A stretch of DNA of 60,031 bases. Source: Basidiobolus meristosporus CBS 931.73. Lineage: Eukaryota; Fungi; Basidiobolomycota. The DNA lies in the NCBI GenBank assembly GCA_002104905.1, contig MCFE01000544.1, positions 1 through 60,031 of the forward strand. Reading direction: 5' to 3'. Both the position numbers and the translations under genes were made by a program. The notes below the pieces were generated by a model that was given only the letters and a program-made list of their open reading frames with translations, did not search any database and was not told where the DNA came from. Positions 51,318 through 60,031 of the stretch are shown here, in pieces; within the stretch, counting starts at the first letter, position 1, and every line of letters starts with the position of its first letter.

Positions 51318-52341
51318 CCCTATAAAAATGATTTGGTCCCACAGGTGGATCCAATCCAGATCAGCCATCAAGACCCCATTTAGAGACCATCATAATAACA
51401 GCAGCTTGGATTAGTGACCCTCCTAACAATCTTATGATGGGATCATGATGGGGTTTTGCTAATTTTACAACCAAATAAAGGGATAAAACTTGACAATATT
51501 TATTGGTGCTGTGACAATAGGTGCATGGTATTGCTGCTGTCTTTCAGCGCTCTGTAACTATTTTAAGTGGATCCAGTTGGTTAGGACATCCAATTGCCTT
51601 ATATGGCAAGAAACCTGCCTCACAGTCAGACTTTGATGGCATTACATTGGCAGTATAATGGCCTATTGCTGGCTCTGTATAATGCTACCGTACTAATTTA
51701 CCATATGGTATTTCCTTTTTCTACCTCCCCTTGAGCAATTCACATATTCTACTGTAGAATCACCCCTCTTTATTTGCTAACCCACTACTACCTTGAGTAT
51801 TCCTCATATAGCTTAAATCAAAAAAAATTATGGCCTCCTGCTTACTAACCTCTACAAACATGCACACCTGCCACAATTGACGTCCTTCTATCACCTCAAC
51901 TTTACGGCTTTTTAGTGCGATACATGCAAAGTTGCTATATACCTTGTACTGCTGGTAACATATGCATCTTGCAAACATATGCTTGGTTGTTACCACTTCT
52001 GCCATGAATACCTCCTGAATATCTGCAAAGAAATTCTTGGTATTTATCCAATATGTTCCTTCCCCTTTCTGGATTCTAGTCCCCCTTATAGGTGTGCTCT
52101 GGCTTTTGTTTGTGTGAATTCCATATTGAATGGTGTAGAAGCTGGCTTGTGACCATGAAAAATCTGGCATATCTTGGTAGAGTTTTCCTGATAAAAATTA
52201 GTTGCTTGTTGCACCCAACCCAACTCTGCATTACTAAACTGATTACCCATGCATTGGGGCTGCTTAGCTTCTTATTGGCATAGGCATTGGTGTCTCCATG
52301 TGCTCATTTGTCCTCAGTATTTTTCAACTCTTTCTGGCTGT
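51318..52341 (-). mobile_element. CMC terminus plus transposase C-terminal region
   Basis: Starts CCCTATAAAAATGATTTGGTCCC with several CCATCA/TGATGG subterminal motifs. Homologous to 16030-16716. Confidence 0.8.
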
Positions 52342-53275
52342 TGTCATGATCACATGACAACCATGAACACCCATGCCAAGTTTCAGCTTCCTAGCCCAAT
52401 TTCTAAGAGATTCCTTCTGGAACCTTCAACCACCTTCCAGAAAGTTCCTGACCATTCCAAACCCTTGTTACACAATGGAACATTCCATGGAAGCTTCCCA
52501 TCATATTTTTCATAGTCCAGTACCATATATGGAAATACCAGGTCACATGATTTAGTCACTTGATTGGGTGATCCAATCCATCTCCCCATCCTGTCTCAGT
52601 GCCTTGCCTTTTATATTATTATCCCTAGCACATTGCTGTGCTGCACCCCACAACCCCATTAGTATTAGCCAATATCTCTCAGCATCAGTATAACCAAAAA
52701 GTATATAAAGTCCTATTCCCCCTTAAGTATTCCTCAGTCCAATAAACACAGGTCTTGAATAAACAGCCTTGCCTTGGAAATATGCCTTGCCTTGTTGATC
52801 CACACCTAAGTCCTTTCCTGGTCCTGCCTTGCCTAGCCCTACTCTCCTGCCTTGTGTCCATTCATAACAGCTTTATCAGACTCTCCTGACTTACCTGTGG
52901 ATCCCTGCCTTCTGCACAAAGTTTGAAGAAAACTTGTAAAAGGAATACTCACCGTAAGTATCACCCATCATCTTTCCCTAGTCTTGTCCTATAAAGGCAA
53001 AGATACTTTATCCTTGTAATACTATTGGTCAAAGCTGCATTCACTTTGTTACCCTGCTGGTGGAGTTTACAGTTGTTACAGTATTGGAGGCTTTAGTACA
53101 ATACTCTATCAAAGGACATCAAAGCCAGTACCTTCTGATGTGACGCTAACTTATTTAAGTTGAGGATTGTGGCTCAATAGTTGTATTCTTGACATACTAG
53201 TGGCTTTACAAACCCACAACCTAATTTAGTATATTCCAGTATTCCTTGCAAGTTCATCTGCCTTCCTCTGCTACC

Positions 53276-54205
53276 ATGTCCAACCAAGAGCTGAACTTTG
53301 CCCACCTCATGGATGCCTTTACCCAACTGCAGCAAGACCATGCAGACCTCAGAAACACTCTTGCTCAGTTCTAGAACCAAAGTGTCCAGCAAACCAGCCA
53401 TGTCCCAGTCTACCAAGAACCCAAGTATACTCCTGCTACCAAGTCCAATGGCTCTCAGAATGAATTCCGTGGCTTCATCAACATGGTGAAGAACAACCTT
53501 GCACTCCAGCCCAACCGGTACCCCACTGACCAGGCCAAAGTTGGTTTCATCTCCAACCTGCTTACTGGTACAGCTAAGTGGTTCTCCCCATTAGTGGAGA
53601 CCAACTTTCCACTCCTCAGAGACTACCAAGCTTTTCTCACTGAAATGGAGCTAACATTTTGTAACCTTGACCAAGCCAGAACTGCTGCCAACAAGATCAA
53701 GACCCTCAAACAAGGGAACAAACCAGCATCAGTCTATGCCTCAGAATTCCAACAACTCTCCAGTGACCTCAGCTCCTGGGGTCAAGCAGTCTTGATAAGC
53801 CAATTCCAAGATGGCCTTAATGATGAAGTTTGTGATCTGCTACTCACACTCCCAGATCCAGATACATTGGTTGAGGCTATGCACCAAGCAATCCGGTGTG
53901 ATAACAGACTATTCCAGAAGAAGCAAAAGTACCGTCAAAGACACATTCCTGTTGCAGTCCCAGCCCCTCCTGCTCCCCAAGTCACTCCAGAAGATCCTAT
54001 GCAGATTGATAGTGCCAAATACAAGAAACTATCAAAGAGTGAAAAGTCCAAACGTCAACAAGCCAACCTCTGTCTATACTGTGGCCAACCAGGTCACTTT
54101 GCCAAGTCCTGCCCCAACATGAAGTCCTGCTTCAAGCTGATGCAGTCCTCCAGTAACCAACCTGATTCAGATCTGTTGGGAAACTCCAATGTCCAGTTGC
54201 ATTGA
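53276..54205 (+). pseudogene. gag: Family C gag (PEG10/sushi-like) with CCHC knuckle
   Basis: MSNQELN...EPKY...FRGFIN...YPTDQAKVGFISNLLTG...PMQID...CLYCGQPGHFAKSC. One TAG at 53372. Confidence 0.9.
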
Positions 54206-54299
54206 CAGGCCTTCAACTGGACCCACCCATGAGAATCCAGCATTTCAAAGAATCTTCCTTTGACACAAAATCTATCCAGTCCTTGAGAATGCCTGTCAA
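54178..54299 (+). promoter_or_regulatory. -1 ribosomal frameshift signal: GGGAAAC plus predicted pseudoknot
   Basis: G GGA AAC at the gag end. The -1 frame is open into the protease (LALIDSSASSCFID). Two perfect 9-bp stems follow. Confidence 0.85.
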
Positions 54300-55759
54300 A
54301 ATCCAGATCCCTGACTCCAGTCCTGTCCCAGCCCTAGCCCTGATTGATTCCAGTGCTTCATCCTGTTTCATTGACCAAGCCTTTGTCCAGAAGCACTCTA
54401 TTCCTGTTACCTTCAAATCCTGTCCAGTCCAAGTAGAAGTTATTGATGGAAGATTGCTCTCCACTGGTGTTGTTACACATGAAACATGTCTACTTCAGCT
54501 GTCCAGTACTGTTCACCAAGAAAGAATTGCCTTCAACATCATCAACTCACCACACTATTCTATTGTGCTTGGAAGCTCATGGCTGAGCTACCACAATCCA
54601 AGTATTGATTGGAAATCCAAGATCCTGTCATTCACCAAATCCCACCAAGTCAACTCCATGAAATCTCCAGACCCTGATAACCGTTGTAGTGGGGTGACAG
54701 TAACATCCACTGACAGATGTGCTCATTCCCTTATTTTCTACTTCCCTATATCTCTACTACACTTATTTTAGTTTTATCCCATTTGTCTTACCCAATCAGT
54801 ACTATCCCATAAGCCAGTTGACTATCACACCTGCTTACCTTATTGCATAAGTTACCTCTCACTTTATGTAAGATTACTAGCTGTAAGTACTTCTATATTA
54901 GGCAAGTACCCGTGCCAGTACCTGTGACACATGATCAGCCCGTGTCACCATCCCTACCATTTCCATACCATATATGGTATCCCCATGTTACACAGGTTTC
55001 AGAATACTGATTCCTGATTGGTTGGATATGCTGTGCCTCTTAGAACCTTCCGGCACCTACTTAGAACATTCTTAGGTCATTCTGATGTCATTAAGATTTC
55101 TATTGATCTCCGGAACCTTCTGGAACACCATGATTAGTAATCACTTAGCCAGTGAGAAAAGTATATAAGGGAGGCTATCCCTCAACAATAAATCATCATC
55201 CCTTTTATCAATATACCGACTTGTTGATTAGTGTGATCACTGCTACCTGCTGCTACCTGAACTTCCAACCCCAGACCACTGGACACTCCCAGGAAACCGC
55301 GCTGACAGCCAACTGACCTTGGAGGCACTACTTGTGAGGAATACTCAGAGTAGGTATCTTTTATTATATTTGATTCTTTCCCAAGTTTGTTCTTGTACAG
55401 GCAAAGATACTTTTCTGTCTTTGTAACTATTGACCAAAGCTGCATTCTTATCAAGTCCCTGCTGGTGGAGTTTACAGTTGTTTTGACTTTGGAAGCTTTA
55501 GTACATTGTCATCTCAAAGGACGCTGAACCCAGCACATACTTTTGTTAAGACGCCAACTAAGTTGGGGATTGTAGCTCAATAGTTTTCCCTTGACAAGCT
55601 TGTGGCTTTATTCCCCTTCACATTAGATTAGAGACAGAACCCAAGTATTCCTAGCAAGCTTTTGTCAGAAGTTATTGCACCCAGTGAACACCCCACACAC
55701 AAAACACTTGAGAAGTGTTGGACGTATCTCTCCCTTGGACTTATACACCACCACATATT

Positions 55760-55776
55760 TGGCACCCAATGTGGGG
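55760..55776 (+). promoter_or_regulatory. PBS, tRNA-Lys(CUU) type, with both CpGs deaminated
   Basis: TGGCACCCAATGTGGGG versus the canonical Lys1,2 PBS TGGCGCCCAACGTGGGG. Confidence 0.8.
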
Positions 55777-55896
55777 GGTTCATACAAGCTCCCTAGGACC
55801 CAACAAGATTTACCTGAAGATTTGAGCTGTTATCCACCTATTGAAAAGAGACTACCAATATTACCAAGATTACAACACCAACATACCTGCCCAAAA

Positions 55897-58800
55897 ATGA
55901 ACTCTATGCCATTACCACTCTCACATGGAGCCCCACGGTTTGATGGAAAGAATGTGGAGAGCTTCATATTCAAATGGGAGAAGCTCTGCAAGATGTGCAG
56001 CCTATCTGAACAAGAAATGGCTGAAGACTTCCCCTACTACTGCACCGATGATATTACCACTAAGCTTCTCAGACAAGGAGACATTCTCACTGACTGGGCC
56101 TTAATGAAGACCTACCTACAGACTGAGTATGGTAGACCCCAGATATACTATGGAATTGAAGACCTCAGGCACTTTGGAAGAACTGGACTTTCCAAGCTAC
56201 CACTTGAAGAGTTCATTCAACAGTATGAAGATATGGCCAAGCCACTCCTAGAGTCCCAGGCTATAACTGAGTTTACCATGACACTTTACCTTGCACAAGG
56301 GCTTCTCCAGGACTTGGCAAGGAAAGTTGACTTACATGCAGCCAAGGATGACAAGTCTGGCATTTGTTGCTTTGCAGAGATGAAACGTGTTCTCCTAGAG
56401 GCAAAGCAAACTTCTACCTTTATGAGACTCCTGACATCTAATCTGCCAGACCAGTCAACCAAGGAGCCAAGGAGTGCTGCTGCTGACAATCAGACCTACA
56501 CTACCGACAGAATTGACCAACTTGCTGAACAGCTACAGAAGCTAGCCCTCAAGATTAATGGCTCAGCTGAGGTTGCTACTGATGGACAAAGACCTTTGCC
56601 CAGGCACTGCAGCTGGTGTGACACTACTCAGCATGCCAGACAAGAATGCTCAGAGCTTAGCCAGCTACTCAGAGAAGGAGCAGTACAGTTTGATGCTGAT
56701 GGAATGCTTGCTGACAAGGAAGGAAGAAGGATTCCCACTAATTTCCAAAGAGGAGGGATGAGAGCCCTTTTCCAGAAATCTGACTCAGCAACCAGAAAGA
56801 TTACTGTTGATGCCCCTATTGGGACTCATAAAGTGAATCCAAGCAGCCCTGACAACAGACAATACAAAGTTGATGCCTTTGCTACCAAAAGACACCTCCC
56901 TGAAGAACCTGCCAAACCCATCCTTAGAAGACCACAATTTGAAGAACCTGAAGTTGTTATTGACAAGAGACCTAGTATGCTGCCCACCCAAGATACATTG
57001 CCTCACTTTCAGATGACCTCAAAGATAGCAAGCTACTCAATCCCTCAACTGATTACTGAGAAGCTGCTGAAGCAGAACCTCACTTTGTTGGTTGGAGAAA
57101 TCATGAGTGTATCCCCATCTGTTAGGAAGACCTTTGATGAGCAGCTTAGGACAAGACGACAAGCTGTTGAACATATGGACACCCATATAATTCAGACAAA
57201 CCATGAAGACCACCAAAAAGACAACAACACTACTGAATGTAAGACCTTTTACTCAGTTGCAACTGCTGTGGTGAAAGGATATATATATGATGACCCTGTT
57301 GACTGCCATATTGACAGTGGCTCAGAGATTTGTGTTATGCCGCTAGACTTCTGGAAGACACTTAGAAGCAAGGAGCTACTGCCTGTTGATAGAGATATTG
57401 GATGGAACATGACTGATGCAAACTCAGGATCTAGTCCACTCTAAGGTGTAGTGCACAAGTTCCCTACTGAGGTACAAGGAATCAAGGTCTGGCTTCCCCT
57501 CTTCATCTGCCAGAAGGCAAACTTTGACCTTCTGCTAGGTAGACCATGGGAAACCAGTACTAAGTCTACAACTACCAACTATTCCGATGGGTCAGTATGG
57601 TACACCATACAAGGATCCAACCCAGGACTACAGTCAACCTTCTGTGGTGTAACACCCAACAATAAGAGGACACATACTGCTTGCCAGAAGGCACATCTTG
57701 TTATGGAAGAAGATGAAGAGCCTGACAATATACATCCCAACATTTGGAGCTGCTCATTAGGTATACAGGAGCAAACAGCTATGGTTCAAACAAAATACAA
57801 GACAGTAGAACAGAAGATTAGACCATCACTTACCCCACTGACTGATGGATCTTGACCTGCTGATTACATTAGACCACCAGAAAAAACACCAGATGATATA
57901 CAACTTACACCTGAGAGACTTAAGCAACTTATCATTGGTGATGGAAACCTAACACCAGAGGAGATACTATTATTCAAGGAGACCTTGAAAAGGCATGATA
58001 AGGTCTTCTCATATAATGACAAGGAGATGGGACTCTTAAAGACATTGGTTGAAAAACCCATCAAGATTCATACAGTGCCCCACACACCCTGGTCATTTAA
58101 GCCTTACCCACTGCCCAGAGGACTCCAAGCTGATGTGCATGACCTACTTAAGAAGAAGATAGAAGCTGGTATCCTAGAACCTTGCCATGGACCCTATGCT
58201 AACAGATGGTTTGTGACCAAAAAGGAGAATGGAAAGCTCCAATTCATTCAAGACATGCAACCTGCAAATGCTGTCACTATCAGAGATGCTGCTATACCTC
58301 CATCTATTGATGACTTTGCAGAAAGCTTTAGTGGCCACTCCATCTACTCAATATATGATCTCTACTCAGGATATGACCAGATCCCCCTTGATGAGACATC
58401 AAGAGATATGTTTGCACTACAGACACCATTTGGACTGTTAAGGATGACAAGACTCAGTCAAGGGGCTACAAACTCCGTGGCTCAGTTCCAGAGATGCATG
58501 GTAAATGTGCTGTATCAGTTTATACCTGAGAAACTTGCTGTCTTTGTGGATGACATAGGCATCAAAGGATCAAAATTCCGGGACACCACTGAAGTTATGC
58601 CTGGAGTAAGAAAGTTTGTCTATGACCATATTGCAGACAATGATGCCATATTAGGAGCCATTGAAGAAGCTGGACTCACCATCAGTGGTGAGAAAAGCAG
58701 CTTTGGTGTATCAGAGATATCCATTGTTGGACAAAAATGCAACACCTTTGGTCGTTCACCTGGAGACTCCAAGACACAAAAGATATGCAACTGGCCTACC

Positions 58801-60031
58801 CCCACAAATCTCACACAAGCTCGTGGCTTTGTGGCTGCTTGTGGGTTCTTTAGGATCTGGATCCCAAGATTTTCTGAGATAGCAGAACCAATTTACCAAC
58901 TACAGAGAAAGAACACCCCATTTATCTGGGGAGAAGAGCAAGAAGAAGCCATGCAATTACTGAAAGAGGCCTTAGTATCTCCACCAGTTCTGAGACCTCT
59001 TGACTATCAAAACACTGAATGCCCACCTATTTTGACAGTGGATGCAAGCCCCATAGGAGCTGGAGCACTACTTGGACAAGATGATGAAGATGGCAACCGC
59101 TATGCCTGCAGATATGAGAGCTGCCTATTCTCTCCTAGAGAACAAAGATACTCACAGATTAAGAGAGAACTACTAGGAGTTGTGAAGATGCTGAGGAAAC
59201 TGAAGTCACAACTCTACATGACACATTTTATCCTGGAGACAGATGCCAAGCCACTGATAGGAATGATCAACAAGCCTGACCTACCTGATGATGCCACAAA
59301 CCGATGGATGGCAAGGCTGAAAATGTTTGACTTTGAGGTCAAACATATCCCTGGCAAGACAAATGTTGTGGCTGATGCACTCTCCAGGAAGGGACCACAA
59401 TTATTTGAAGACTTGGACCCTCACTTTGATGATATTATTGATGCAGAGATCCGACAGATTGCCATCAAAGACCAAGAGAGAACTACCTGGAGTCTGATCA
59501 AGGAATATCTAAGGACACTTAAGAAACCTAGTTGGATGGATATTCAGGAGTTTAGAAAACTCAGGAAGAAGGCACACCACTACTATCTTAAAGATGATCT
59601 TCTCTTTAAGCGAGTGAAACCTGGACTTATGCCAAGAAGAGTAGTCACTACCCCTCAAGAGCAACTGAACATCATGACAAGTATCCACCAAGGAGAACCA
59701 GGAGGACATAGAGGACAAGAAGCCACATACAATACTACAGCTCAGAGGTACTACTGGGAAAACATGTACTATGATATCCAACACTTTGTTGAGTCATGTG
59801 TAGCCTGCCAGAAGAGATCCTCAAAGCGTTATGAAGAACCACTGCATCCTACTTACACAATCTGTCTATGGCAAAAGGTTGGTATTGACCTTGTCCACAT
59901 GCCAACAGCTGGATCAAAAAAGTACCTGATTGTTGCTAGAGATGACCTTAGTGGATGGGCAGAGGCTCAAGCCTTGCCCAACAACAAGAGCCATACCATA
60001 TGGAGATTTATACTTGAAGACATCATCTGCA
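55897..60031 (+). pseudogene. gag-pol: Family A single-frame gag-pol with two in-frame stops (57442-44, 57853-55); open from 57856 to the window end
   Basis: APRFDGKN, CSWCDTTQHARQEC, HIDSGSEIC, DLYSGYDQ, VFVDDIGIKG, VDASPIGAG, HQGEPGGH...CVAC and GIDLVHMP, all in one frame. Confidence 0.93.

Larger units (their letters stand above)
52342..54684 (+). mobile_element. 5' part of chromovirus/sushi-like Ty3/gypsy family C (LTR 52342-53194, gag, protease), interrupted by family A
   Basis: TGTCA...TGACA inverted ends; CMC homology stops exactly at 52341; gag and protease follow. Confidence 0.88.
54685..60031 (+). mobile_element. Ty3/gypsy family A element (5' LTR 54685-55755), running off the window
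   Basis: The LTR matches the three solo LTRs. Left flank CCGT; PBS and gag-pol follow. Confidence 0.96.

Noticed and set aside
52338-52341. CTGT left flank of LTR-C as another decayed CCGT target
   Set aside because: The right flank is outside the window and the empty-site homologue near 16063 also reads CTGT, so a CpG origin cannot be shown.
55675-55896. N-terminal extension of the 589-aa ORF (and of ORF 20545)
   Set aside because: It starts at a non-ATG codon inside the LTR and crosses the PBS; gag more plausibly starts at ATG 55897.

Overview
The window is eukaryotic, AT-rich, strongly CpG-depleted DNA made almost entirely of nested transposable elements. I found no host gene, RNA gene or CRISPR array. 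A fungal host is inferred from the element types and from a copia PBS matching the yeast-type tRNA-iMet anticodon arm. Retroelements: three Ty3/gypsy families. Family A has three ~1.07-kb solo LTRs plus one element running off the right edge. Family B has one decayed copy and one intact copy with identical 368-bp LTRs and a 1377-aa gag-pol. Family C is a chromovirus/PEG10-like element with a GGGAAAC -1 frameshift site and pseudoknot. There are also two Ty1/copia families (D nearly intact, E degenerate and multi-copy). Removing nested insertions by hand reconstructs two DNA-transposon systems that the ORF track does not show. (1) A ~6-kb CACTA/CMC-type element with CCCTAT termini and a 3-bp TSD, whose transposase is head-to-head with a large unannotated ORF2 containing exact 207-bp repeats. 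(2) A decayed PIF/Harbinger-ISL2EU-like (PHIS) autonomous element at 17571 that shares its AGACTTG terminus and AWT target with two 733/734-bp foldback MITEs. All four family A insertions sit on a CpG-centred 4-bp target (CCGG or CCGT). All alignments were made by eye, so internal fragment boundaries are approximate (tens of bp). LTR, TIR and TSD junctions were read base by base.
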